Notes under the pieces: generated by a model
Databases searched by the model: none
The model's input: the letters and a program-made list of their open reading frames with translations, nothing else
What the model was told of the DNA's origin: nothing
Position numbers and translations under genes: made by a program
In this document: positions 23,856-33,722 of the stretch, in pieces
Numbering within the stretch: the first letter of the stretch is position 1
Layout: every line of letters begins with the position of its first letter
NCBI GenBank assembly: GCA_963804165.1
Contig: CAWDPO010000042.1
Location: 64,001 to 128,000, forward strand
DNA: 64,000 nucleotides
Reading direction: 5' to 3'
Origin: an uncultured delta proteobacterium
Lineage (GTDB): Bacteria; Desulfobacterota; Binatia; UBA9968

Positions 23856-24878
23856 ATGGCGATTTATACCTCACTTTCGAAAAGGGACATTACCAGGCTC
23901 ATCGATGAGTTTGCGCTGGGCGAGTTCGTGTCTTTCAGCGGAACGCGTACTGGCTCGGTAAATACCCACTATCTCATTGAGACAAAGCGCGCAAAATTTT
24001 TTGCCAAAATCGATGAAATCAAAAGCGAAGTTGAGGTAAAACAAGAACTTGATCTATTACTGCATTTGAGAAAGCAAAATTTTCCATGTCTTCAGCCGCT
24101 CAAGACCAAAAGCGGCAGGTACCACCTGGAATTTCAAGGAAAGTGTGTCACCGTGACGCGCCATCTCGACGGCGTCGAATTGCCTGTGGAATCAATGACC
24201 GCTACGCACTTGAGTTCATTAGGACATGCTCTTGCCAACTTGCATTTAATAGGTCGAAGCTACAAGAAAGGCATCGATAACCGATTCGGTTTCAACCGGA
24301 TCGTTGCGATTTATCGCGATGTGCGTCGGCAGTTGCCTTCACACCTGAAAAATATCGTCAGGGTTTTGGACGACGAGTTCTCATATTTGGAGAACTACCT
24401 CGATAATAACTTGCCAAAGGGAATCATTCACGGCGACTTGTTCCCCGATAACGTAAAATTCAAGGGGAACCGCCTGACCGGCGTGATGGATTTTGAAGCG
24501 GCTTGCCGGGGAAAGTTGATCTACGACCTCGCCACCGCAGTTAATGCACTCTGCTTTCTCGACGACCGCTATCGCATCGACAGATTCGAAGCCTTGATCT
24601 CCGGCTACGAGAGCCTGCGGCCACTCTCACTGCCGGAATGGGATTCATTTCCGAACGAATTGCGCTTTTCGGCCTTGCGCTTTACCGTAACCCGCATTAA
24701 AGATTTTTATCTTCGCAGTGCAGATGACAGCCAGCGTGTCTATAAAGATTTCAAAGAATTTTATGACCGTTTGTTGATTTTACGACGTGAAAAAAGCGGC
24801 GGGATGGAAGACATTTTGTTAGCCATGGCGACCGGCTATGACTATCGCAAATATCAGAAATCCAAGCCCTCTAAATGA
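23856..24878 (+). CDS. thrB: Homoserine kinase type II (APH fold)
   Basis: MAIYT, G..NT.Y, LPKGIIHGDLFPDNV, DFE.AC, ALRF. Confidence 0.85.
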   Translation: MAIYTSLSKRDITRLIDEFALGEFVSFSGTRTGSVNTHYLIETKRAKFFAKIDEIKSEVEVKQELDLLLHLRKQNFPCLQPLKTKSGRYHLEFQGKCVTVTRHLDGVELPVESMTATHLSSLGHALANLHLIGRSYKKGIDNRFGFNRIVAIYRDVRRQLPSHLKNIVRVLDDEFSYLENYLDNNLPKGIIHGDLFPDNVKFKGNRLTGVMDFEAACRGKLIYDLATAVNALCFLDDRYRIDRFEALISGYESLRPLSLPEWDSFPNELRFSALRFTVTRIKDFYLRSADDSQRVYKDFKEFYDRLLILRREKSGGMEDILLAMATGYDYRKYQKSKPSK

Positions 24879-24893
24879 CTAATCAATTTTAGA

Positions 24894-25295
24894 TCAGCTT
24901 TGCTCGCCAGAGGACTCCTCCAGCAGACGTTTGACCTTTACCTGAGTATCTCGACGAATGAGGTACACCATCGCCGTTAACGTCAAAAGCGCGCCAATAA
25001 TGAACAACGCCCTCCCTCCCGTCAAAACGATATAAAAAAAATTGAGTTTCACTCTCGCTCCGTTGTATTTCTCTCGATCTTCATTGATGCGCCGCAGCAC
25101 TTCTTCGTTTTTTTGGTGATCCAGTTGTTGAAAATTGCGGTAACTCTCTTCCAATCCGGTGCGCGCCGTCTTGTATAACAGAGCTTGGTACTTGGAGGAT
25201 TCGATTGCCCCGACCGTCCAATTCCCAATGCCCATCACCAGGCAAACGATCCCTGCAACCATGAGATTACTTGAATACATTTCGCGCGCTTTCAC
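24894..25295 (-). CDS. Hypothetical two-TM membrane protein
   Basis: Intact 133-aa ORF with two hydrophobic segments. Confidence 0.6.
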   Translation of the reverse strand: MKAREMYSSNLMVAGIVCLVMGIGNWTVGAIESSKYQALLYKTARTGLEESYRNFQQLDHQKNEEVLRRINEDREKYNGARVKLNFFYIVLTGGRALFIIGALLTLTAMVYLIRRDTQVKVKRLLEESSGEQS

Positions 25296-25397
25296 AATAT
25301 TGCTTCTCCTCAGGCCAGAATACCGGGCATTGACCTTTTTTTCCAGCCATCCCGGTGATCATTGCACAGACCCACGGAGTGGCTTAGGATTCTCAAC

Positions 25398-26123
25398 ATG
25401 AGCCGTTATGTCGTCGGCGATATTCATGGCTGTGTGGACGAGCTTCGCCGTTTAATTGAGACGTTGCCGTTAGCGCGCGGCGACCGCGTGGTTTTTCTGG
25501 GTGACTACGTTGATCGCGGCCCGGATTCCTCAGGTGTAGTTTCCTACTTGATATCGCTTCAAAAGCAACGCAATGACATTGACCTCGTATTCCTGAAAGG
25601 AAACCATGAGGACATGTTTTTGTCCTACCTCGGGTTAAACGGCCGACACGGCGACATGTTCTTGATCAATGGCGGAAAGGCGACACTGGCTAGCTACGGC
25701 CTTACAGCGGACAGATTTTCGGCGCCGCAAGCGTTGGCGGCGATGCCGGCCGAGCACCTGGATTTTTTCGAAGGTCTCGAAAGGTACTATTCCATGGATT
25801 CGTTCCTGTGCGTACACGCCGGGATTCACCCGCAAAAATCTCTCGCGGATCAGACGGACGAGGAACTATTTTGGATCCGCAACACATTTATTTTCAACTC
25901 TCACGGCCTTCCCTACACGGTTTTGTTCGGACACACTCCGCAGCCGACCGTTTTATACGATCTCCCCTACAAAGTTGGCTTAGACACCGGGCTAGTATAC
26001 GGCAACATGTTGACATGTCTCGATGTAGATGAGAAAGTCCTCTACCAGATCAACCGAGGAAGGAAGAGCATTCATCGAACTTCCGTGCAGCGGAGGTGGA
26101 ATCCGTCTGCGGCCCTTCCCTGA
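25398..26123 (+). CDS. Metallophosphoesterase (Ser/Thr phosphatase family)
   Basis: GDIHG, GDYVDRG, GNHE, VHAG, GHT, DTG. Confidence 0.92.
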   Translation: MSRYVVGDIHGCVDELRRLIETLPLARGDRVVFLGDYVDRGPDSSGVVSYLISLQKQRNDIDLVFLKGNHEDMFLSYLGLNGRHGDMFLINGGKATLASYGLTADRFSAPQALAAMPAEHLDFFEGLERYYSMDSFLCVHAGIHPQKSLADQTDEELFWIRNTFIFNSHGLPYTVLFGHTPQPTVLYDLPYKVGLDTGLVYGNMLTCLDVDEKVLYQINRGRKSIHRTSVQRRWNPSAALP

Positions 26124-26165
26124 CAGATTGATCTTTTCCCCAATTCATCAAAACTTGAATGCCTT

Positions 26166-26242
26166 GGCGGTGTAGCTCAGTTGGTCAGAGCACGCGGCTC
26201 ATATCCGCGGCGTCGACAGTTCGAATCCGTCCACCGCCACCA
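26166..26242 (+). tRNA. tRNA-Met(CAT), elongator type; 3' half forms attL
   Basis: GGCGGTG acceptor stem with G1-C72 pair, CGCGG-CTCATAT-CCGCG anticodon arm, TTCGAAT T loop, 3' CCA. Confidence 0.94.
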
Positions 26243-26308
26243 ATTCTTCTCTCGGTAAGATCACGAATTCCATAGGTACTTTGCTGTGTTGCTAGCATCC
26301 TAGCCAAC

Positions 26309-27598
26309 TCAGCCATTTTTGCTTGAATGCTGTTTTGTACACTTTTTTGCCCCCAAGTTGGACGTTTTCAGACTTGCCCCCAAAGAAATTTTAGGCGACT
26401 CCCCAAGCCTGAGACCGCTATCTTTCATGCGCTCCTGCATCGCGCGCAGATACTTTGTTGTCGTCGTCAAGTTCGTGTGTCTCATCAAGCTCATCAGCAC
26501 GCGCGGGTCATCTGGTCTGAACCGTGCTAGCGAAGTAATCGCGCATGTCCTTCGGTCGCAGCTTCACGCTCGGCTGAATATTGCTCGATCCACAGGCAAA
26601 GCAACCAATGCCTTCGTCGACGTTGACCGACCTACATTTCGAGCAGCAATGGATGCGCGAGACGGCTTCGATTCGTTTGCAGTCCCGGCAGTGGCGACGC
26701 TTGCCGATGTTGCCGCCCGAACAGTCCGTGCAGCGAGAAGTAAGCCGCTCGATCTTCTCGAACAGGCGCCGGCGCGAATAGATTTTTTTCCCTTGGTCTG
26801 AGCCGATCGGCCGGCAAAGACATAATCAGACATGCTCCCAGCCTTGTGCTTTTTGAGACTTTCAATCAATGCCGGCGCCAACGGAAGGTATGCGTCGGAC
26901 TCGTCAGTCTTCGTGCCGCGGCAATGAAAATAACCTTCATCGAAGTTAATATCTTCCCATCGGAGCCGGTTCGCTTCGTCCTTCCGTAATCCGCTGAAAC
27001 GTAGAAAATCAAAGTAAGCTCTATCGGCCGGATTCTCGATGCTCTCTGCCGCTCTTTCCACTGCGGGTAGATTTAGCGGCGCCTTCTTCGGTTTCGTGCT
27101 GCCGATGATGCTTGTATCGAGTGCATCAACAGGATTTTTCACGAGCAGGTTTTTTTCAATCGCCCAATTGAGCAGCGCCCGAAGGTTTGTCACGTCATGC
27201 CACACCGTTTTCGGCTTAACGTTTCGCTCTCGCTGTATCACGAGCTTTTGGACCTGATCTGACGTAATGGATCCGATCGGCGTTGCCGCACCGAAGAACG
27301 GAATGATGATCTTGTCGAAGTTCCATCTCATGCCGTCGATTCGCCACCCGGAACGGCCTTTTTCTGCGGATTCCACGAGGTACGCGCTGACCACGGTTAT
27401 CAGTGCCGTTGGCGGTAACTCCGGCGTCTTGGGTCTGCTCGCCACCTCTGTCTTGAGCTCAATGAGTGCCGCCTTCGCCTCTTCCCGCGTTGCCCAGACG
27501 TAGCGCTTGTAAGTGCGCCCTTGTAGGCAAACCCTGTAACCCCAGCGGTCCCGCTCCGCCCGATACTCGATTCCGTTTCTCTTTTTTCTCTTTGCCAT
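26309..27598 (-). CDS. int: Tyrosine integrase with zinc-ribbon insertion (two apparent frameshifts)
   Basis: SGLRKDEANRLRWEDI (box I), GTKT, RPKDMRDYFAS and LMRHTNLTTTTKY (box II) after frame correction. Confidence 0.9.
26347..26407. promoter_or_regulatory. Putative integrase arm-type binding sites, left arm
   Basis: TTGCCCCCAAG (26347), TTGCCCCCAA (26374), TCCCCAAG (26400); same motif recurs beside attR. Confidence 0.55.
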
Positions 27599-27773
27599 CG
27601 TTCCCCCGCTGGTAGTGAACGCGTAGATTTATATATGTGTCTACGTCCTCTTGTCGATAACGCCTAACGCCCTTTCCGGCGCCTACTCTTACGAACGGTA
27701 TCCCGAGAGTTGCAACGGTTCGCTTTTTTACTTGCAGCTGCGCCGCGACTTGTCTGTCCGTGAGAAGGATCAA
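27459..27773 (-). CDS. Excisionase-like winged HTH protein
   Basis: LLTDRQVAAQLQVKKRTV...IPFVRVG...VRRYRQEDVDTYI, directly upstream of int; true stop probably near 27600. Confidence 0.75.
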   Translation of the reverse strand: MILLTDRQVAAQLQVKKRTVATLGIPFVRVGAGKGVRRYRQEDVDTYINLRVHYQRGNDGKEKKEKRNRVSGGAGPLGLQGLPTRAHLQALRLGNAGRGEGGTH

Positions 27774-27945
27774 CGCCCGCCTCCTTTGCGACGAACGAAA
27801 TCAACAGCTCCATCGGCGGCGTGACGATCATCTCGCCCCGCTCCATGCGCGCAACCGAATTGCGGGTCATTCTTACCTTGGCCGCAAATTCGTGCTGCGT
27901 AACCCCCAATGCACGGCGAATGTCGCCTAGCTGTTTGCCGGTCAT
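27664..27945 (-). CDS. XRE-family HTH regulator
   Basis: LGDIRRALGVTQHEFAAKVRMTRNSVARMERGE. Confidence 0.85.
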   Translation of the reverse strand: MTGKQLGDIRRALGVTQHEFAAKVRMTRNSVARMERGEMIVTPPMELLISFVAKEAGVDPSHGQTSRGAAASKKANRCNSRDTVRKSRRRKGR

Positions 27946-28016
27946 GATACATAACGTATACTGCTTTTGTGTAACCCTGTCAATGCTAATGAACGCCCCG
28001 GGCCATCAAATGTGGC

Positions 28017-29291
28017 TGTAGTAGCAACGTGATTATGACAGGGGCTAACGGCAACGTAATTATGTCAGGGTGGGAGGATGACAACCCTGACGATGCAAGA
28101 CGAGAAGCGACTAGACGTAATACAACGAGTGAATCGAAGCGAGCTGACCGTGGTGCAAGCGGCACTGGTGATGGGACTAAGCGAACGGCAGTGTTACCGG
28201 ATCAAAGCATGTGTCGGTAAAGCCGGAGCCAAGGGAATCGTTCACGGTAACCGCGGACGGCCCTGTAAACGCAAGACCAAGGAGAAGACGGTTAGACGTG
28301 TCTTGGAATTAGCCCGAGGTAAATACCAAGGCTTCAACGACCATCATCTGACCGAGAAGCTCAAAGAACAAGAACAGATCGAGCTCAGCCGTGAGAAAGT
28401 CCGCCGTATCCTTCGTGCCCACGGGATCGGCTCCCCCAAGAAGCGTCGCGGGATTAAGCACCGAAGCCGCAGAGAAAGACGGGCCAGTGAGGGGATGATG
28501 CTCCTGCCACGAGCAAAGTCATGGGAGCCTTTTTTGCCCCGGCCGAGAGTTCCTGGGGTTACTTCCATCTGTTCTCCGAGATCTTCAAGCAGCATGGAGT
28601 ATCCCAGTCGATCTATACGGACTGTCACTCGGTATTCTGGACCGATCGGGAACCGACGTTAGAGGAGCAGTTGATCAACAGAAAACCCACCACCGAAGTC
28701 GGTCGAGGCTTGGAAGAGCTCGGGGTGACCTTGATCCTAGCCCATTCCCCTCAGGCCAAGGGGAGAATCGAGAGACTGTGGAACACTTTCCAGGACCGGC
28801 TGGTCAGTGAGCTGCGGTTGGCCAGGGCCAAGAGCGTGCAACAGGCAACCGTGGTCCTGGATCGTTATCTCCCCGTGCATAACCGTAAGTTTGCTAAGCC
28901 CGCTAAAGCACAGCCGGCCTGGAGAAAAGTCAGTGCTCTTAAGATCGAACGAGATTTGTGTTTCAAACAACAGCGCACAGTGGCTAAGGACAACACGGTA
29001 ACTTTCGAACGGACGGTTTTGCAGATCCCAAGACCTCGCCCTTTCGTTCTCACGCCAACAAAAGAGTCGAGGTCAACGTGATGTTGGACGGTGCGGTGGA
29101 GATTTTCTACAAGACTGAGAAAATCGCAACCTTCGATTCAAAAACAACGCACGCAATTGGCCTATATCGAACGATCGGAAAAAAGGAGGGGTTCCGCTAT
29201 GGTCCGCTTTCTAGGCTGGCCATTCAACCTGAGGTGTCACCCTGACATTTTTACCTTGCTGTTAACATGACATATTGACGTTGCTACGACA
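28017..29291 (+). mobile_element. IS1202-family (former ISNCY) insertion sequence with 16-bp target duplication
   Basis: TGT...ACA ends; IRs TGTAGTAGCAACGTGATTATGACA and TGTCGTAGCAACGTCAATATGTCA; DR GGCCATCAAATGTGGC at 28001-28016 and 29292-29307. Confidence 0.9.
28078..29245 (+). pseudogene. IS1202/ISNCY transposase with internal deletion and frameshifts
   Basis: HGNRGR, HRSRRERR...EGMML, YTDCHSVF, AHSPQAKGRIERLWNTFQDRL; the QxDGS...IDDAT segment is missing. Confidence 0.85.
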
Positions 29292-29394
29292 GGCCATCAA
29301 ATGTGGCTTGTTAACATTCTCACTAGTCCTGTATGCTAAACTTGGTGTATCCAATGGCATAGGCTGCCCAACGGCAACAAAGCCACAGCGAGCA

Positions 29395-29826
29395 ATGGCA
29401 GAAGCAGAAGCTCTTGAGACCATTCTCGGCTCATTCGTCGTCGGTGGATTCGCCATCGCGGTTGTCTACTTCGCGGTTAGGGTCCGGGCGCGTAGAACCG
29501 CCCAGGCGCTCTTTGTCGATTCCGTCCACGAGATCTTGTTCGACATATATCCCGAACCGCCTAACTGGCCGAAAAATAGTCGGCAAGTATTGCAAGAGCG
29601 CATGCCCGAGATGCAATTCGCGATCAACCAATTGCGCCCACACCTTCGCAAACGAGAAGTCGCTCGCCTGGACGACGCATGGACCAAATATAAGAACTAC
29701 TGTCGCCAAATTAACGATACAGAAATAGCTGCTCTCCCTTTTTCTCAATCGACTTCGTCTGTGGATCAAAAAGGGCGATTCAAAGCTCACGTCGATCAAC
29801 TCCTGTCGTATGCAAAGCACATTTAA
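29395..29826 (+). CDS. Hypothetical protein with N-terminal membrane anchor (element accessory gene)
   Basis: Intact ORF; ILGSFVVGGFAIAVVYFAV TM segment followed by helical domain. Confidence 0.65.
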   Translation: MAEAEALETILGSFVVGGFAIAVVYFAVRVRARRTAQALFVDSVHEILFDIYPEPPNWPKNSRQVLQERMPEMQFAINQLRPHLRKREVARLDDAWTKYKNYCRQINDTEIAALPFSQSTSSVDQKGRFKAHVDQLLSYAKHI

Positions 29827-29905
29827 AATTTTCGCGTATTCTTCGTTGCGGATCTGATCGACCAAAAGGTCAAACGGACTCTTGGCCGGCTCGCCCATTT
29901 TTTAT

Positions 29906-30310
29906 CTACGCGCCCACGCCGGCGAACTTCTCGCGAAACGCTTGATAGTCCCTATTGAGCGCCTGTAGCTGGGTGGTCCGCTCGGCAACCTTCCTGTCTA
30001 GTTCCTCGATGCGAAGCCGACGCGCGTCCATGGTCGCGTACTGCTCATATTCTTTTTCCCAAGTTGCGAGTTGGCTTTTCTTTGCTTCGATTTGCGACTC
30101 AAGCGCTTTGATTTCGGCGTTGCGCTTATCCCATGCTTCATTGAGTATTTCGTTGGCTTGCTTCAGCTTTTCATTCTCTTCGGCGCTCGCCTGATATTCG
30201 ATCGCACTGCGCAGTGTGCTTGCTTGCCACTCGGCGAATTCCAAAAATTTGGCTAATTCTTTTTGCTTGTCCATCGTCTTGCTTTTCCCTTTCGTGTTTT
30301 TGTTACTCAA
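29906..30310 (-). CDS. Hypothetical coiled-coil protein
   Basis: Heptad-rich E/K/Q sequence; translationally coupled to upstream ORF. Confidence 0.7.
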   Translation of the reverse strand: MSNKNTKGKSKTMDKQKELAKFLEFAEWQASTLRSAIEYQASAEENEKLKQANEILNEAWDKRNAEIKALESQIEAKKSQLATWEKEYEQYATMDARRLRIEELDRKVAERTTQLQALNRDYQAFREKFAGVGA

Positions 30311-30882
30311 ACAGTCTTTTGTCGCGCGTTGAATTTGGTGTTGATGCTCAATGGCTCCGGCCGTTCTGCAGGCGCGGTGATCGCAACCGGTGCCGCACGT
30401 TCACTGATCGCGGCGCAGTCAGCGAGCGCTTGAATGTAGCCGCCGACCTGGCGCATGTAGCGCCGACAAGTACCCTCCACGTCGCCCGGCGAAAGGAACG
30501 CGCCATACTCCCGAATAAGCGTTGCCCGCTTAACTCGATCAACCTCGTCCACGTAAACCGTTTGCCTGATGTGCTGCCAGCCAAGCTTGCTAAAATGGCT
30601 GACCGCGTTGCGGATCTGGTTTGGCACCTCGAATAACTTTTCGATTTCCCACAGTAGGTGAGAAATTTCCTGATGAGCGATATTGGCCGCCTTTACCTCG
30701 GCAACGAAGGGCTTGGCCTCTTTCTGAAAGAACGCGTCCAAGGCTGTTGCACGTTCGATTCCTTTCGGCGTTATTGCGTCGAGCTCCTTACGAAACTCTT
30801 TGACTGCCTCGGCCTTTCGCTTTTCGATTTCCTCGTCTGTAGGCCCGCCGACTACTTTTAGCTGGTCAGAGAAAGAATTCAT
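30307..30882 (-). CDS. Hypothetical protein
   Basis: 191-aa ORF with strong RBS (AAGGAGG). Confidence 0.7.
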   Translation of the reverse strand: MNSFSDQLKVVGGPTDEEIEKRKAEAVKEFRKELDAITPKGIERATALDAFFQKEAKPFVAEVKAANIAHQEISHLLWEIEKLFEVPNQIRNAVSHFSKLGWQHIRQTVYVDEVDRVKRATLIREYGAFLSPGDVEGTCRRYMRQVGGYIQALADCAAISERAAPVAITAPAERPEPLSINTKFNARQKTV

Positions 30883-30895
30883 GAATATCCTCCTT

Positions 30896-31372
30896 TTACT
30901 TTTGTGTCGCGAAACGGTGAATTAATTTGATGATGTCTGGATCATCGAACAAGCCTGGATAACGCTCGTAGAGCGCCTGGCCTTGCTCCATGGGTATGTG
31001 CTTCAGTGCAAAACCGTGAACAACGGCGATATTATCGTCGTACCGATCGGCCCAATCAGATCGGAGCACTCCCTCTGACGCTGCGCGCGCTGCAATGGGA
31101 TCTTCATGGCTCTGGGCGTCGAAGTCGCGAGCAGCCGCCGCCATCTGCTGTTCAAGTTGTCCGCCGCCAATCACTTCCTCGCCGGGATATTTCAAATCAA
31201 AAAGTGCATCCACCAGCGCCTTAGCCTCAGCGTCGCCCGCATGAAATTTGTGATGCATCGCATGAGATGAGTCACGGATAATTTTTTCCGCCTCTTTGAC
31301 GGCGCCCTCGGAAGTCGGCATTTGTCCCTGAAAGTAGCTGGGCAAATCGATTCGCCCGGTGATTTCGCTCAT
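30896..31372 (-). CDS. Hypothetical protein, possibly capsid-scaffold-like
   Basis: 158-aa ORF with RBS; LRSDWADRYDDNI...GLFDDPDIIKLIHRFA recalls podophage scaffold motifs (recall-based). Confidence 0.55.
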   Translation of the reverse strand: MSEITGRIDLPSYFQGQMPTSEGAVKEAEKIIRDSSHAMHHKFHAGDAEAKALVDALFDLKYPGEEVIGGGQLEQQMAAAARDFDAQSHEDPIAARAASEGVLRSDWADRYDDNIAVVHGFALKHIPMEQGQALYERYPGLFDDPDIIKLIHRFATQK

Positions 31373-31414
31373 AGTGTTTGTTCCTTTCTTCCATGTGTGT
31401 TTTTTCCAGATTTT

Positions 31415-31550
31415 GCTGTCAAACCGTCAAAACGATTTATGAGTTCGACACTTGAGTCGTTTTTTCATGTGTCAAATGGATTCCCCTTTTGACAGATAGA
31501 AAAATCACTTCAGTCTTTATTCTTATTGCTGTCTTGACGGTTTGACGGAT
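31415..31550. other. Putative replication origin (inverted iterons)
   Basis: TGTCAAACCGTCAA (31417-31430) inverted to TTGACGGTTTGACG (31534-31547), inner TGTCAAA/TTTGACA pair, AT-rich spacer, at the replicase 3' end. Confidence 0.55.
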
Positions 31551-33575
31551 AAATCTCGATATTATCGGGAAGGTAACGCGCGCGCAGCTCCTTGACCCAT
31601 TCACGCCCGATGGAATAACCCCTACTCTTGCCGTCTTTTGACGGCCTGGGGTATGCCCCAAACTTCTTTAACTGTCCAGCGAGCTTTCGCGTCGAATCGA
31701 TCCAAGACAGTTCAGCCGTTACCCTCGCGAGTAGATCCGCCGATAGAACGAATATGGTTTCCTCATCCGGCTTTTCGTTGAGACATGCCTCTAAGACGGT
31801 AACGAGTCCGGAAAGCGTAGAGTCTTCCGACGCGGTGCCCTTCGTGCCGGCCATGTCGCGCAGTAGGTCGCAGAAGCGCTCAGTTACAGCACCGCGTCCG
31901 TTGGAAAACTCGCAATCTGAAAAGATGGCAATTGTTAGCAGCGGTTCAACGATGTCTAAAAATCTATCGTCAAGGTCCTTAAGTCTATCGGTTGTCGCCA
32001 AAATATCATCGATGCCGTCATATAAATCGGCGATTCCCTTCTCGCGTTCGGTTGCCCACAGCCGCAAGTCCGTCCGAAGCTTTTCTAATTCTCTGCCTTG
32101 GCGTCGGATCGTAAAACGTTCGACGGTCTCGCTCGCCGTCTTACGGCTCATCGTGACTAATAGACTACGATCGGCGAGCGTATCGCTAAGGCTGTTGATA
32201 CCCGCCAACGCCTTAGGACAAAACGCATTGAAGTAGATGACTTCAAATCTATCCTCTACTCTTTGGGCTCGCGGCACTTTCGCGCCGCTCTGGAATCCCG
32301 CGTTGAGCAGTCCCATGACATTGCTAAATTTTTCCCTGTCCTGATTGCGTAGCGATTCAAGCTCATCCAACAGCATCGTCGCGCCGCTATCTGCCAGCCG
32401 GAAAATAACGGCTTCGCTGGCGTTGGATAGGCGCGGCGTGGCTTGTGCGGCAAGTTGGCCGATGATCTCAAGCACAAGGGTTTTCCCGCAGCGCAGTACA
32501 GGTGAGTTGAGATGCAAATAGCCGAAGTAGGCGAACAAGCGGTGCAAGTAGGTTCCCATCACCCACAGCGCGAGCAATAGCGGATAGCGTTTTTCTCTAA
32601 AAAACACGTAGCGGGAAAAAATAGCTTCGAGCGTATCTATCAAGTCGCGCGTCCGCGGCACTGGTGGGTAAAGTTCGATCGGCGCCGCCGCTGCTATCGC
32701 TTGCTCTAGTGCCGCTGTGAATTGTGCTGCGTCTTTGCACGTCAGCCACAAAGCCCGCGGATCTTTCTCGGGTAGCGAGACCGCCTTAACCGTGCTTCGA
32801 TACTCGGCGCCCTTTAGCGCCGCCGTAATGCTCGAAACGAACTGCTCGCCGGCGTTGCCCGGCTCTTGCACAATGACAATTTCAGGGAAGGGTACCAGGC
32901 ATAGGACCATTTCCGGCTTGAAGTTCCCGGCGCCCGGTATTCCAAGCGCCGCAATTCCGCAATGGGTTAAAACATGAACATCGCTGGCACCCTCGACGAC
33001 GACAAGCCGATCTTTAGTTTCCGGTAACTGCCAAAGGCCGTAGGGTAAAACCTTATCGCCCTTGCGCCACGAGAAGCGCTGATCTTTTTTGTCGCCCTTT
33101 CCAGCTTGTGCCGACGCTGCACTGATATAGTCGCGCCGCTTTCATCCTTGTAGGGAATCTCAATGCCGGCTTCGTCATTGGTGAGTGAAAAGGTCTCGAG
33201 TAGAAAATTCTCGGGTAACGCGCAAAAGTCAGCATACTCTGCGACCGTCAACGTCTTGGCTTTTCGCCTCGGCTTTTCCTCGCTGGTATCAATCTTGAAC
33301 TTGCGAGCAAGGTCCTTGGCTGCATCGACTGGTTCTATGAAAAGCTCACCAGCGAGCAATAGATCGATATTCGATCCACCTTTGTGGCAACCGAAGCACT
33401 TCCAGCGATTCGTTTCAGTGTTGATCTTGAATGATGGCGTTTTCTCGGAGTGAAATGGGCAAATCGTAACGAGATCACGGCCGGAATGATTTAGTTCCAG
33501 GTTCGGAAAATACTCTCGAACGACCGACTCTATGGGAATCGCTCTGATGCGCTCGAATAGATCGCCGTGACTCAT
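31510..33575 (-). CDS. Primase (CHC2 zinc finger + Toprim) fused to DUF3631-type P-loop domain (one frameshift near 33085)
   Basis: CPFHSEKTPSF...WKCFGC, VVEGASDV, SPVLRCGKT, TMLLDELE, LNAGF, DTLADRS. Confidence 0.85.
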
Positions 33576-33703
33576 GCGTTTTTCAGTTCCGGAAAAACGT
33601 CGAAGGCCCGCCCGACCGCCGCCTCGGATAGCCGACCTTCGCAGAAGGCCATAACCAGTCGTCGCTTAAAATACCGCGCGTTGTGCGGGCTTCGGGCGCT
33701 CAC
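33572..33703 (-). CDS. 43-aa hypothetical protein coupled to the primase (absent from ORF track)
   Basis: MSARSPHNARYFKRRLVMAFCEGRLSEAAVGRAFDVFPELKNA; its stop overlaps the primase start as ATGA. Confidence 0.5.
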   Translation of the reverse strand: MSARSPHNARYFKRRLVMAFCEGRLSEAAVGRAFDVFPELKNA

Positions 33704-33722
33704 CAATGGCGACTGGGATCAA

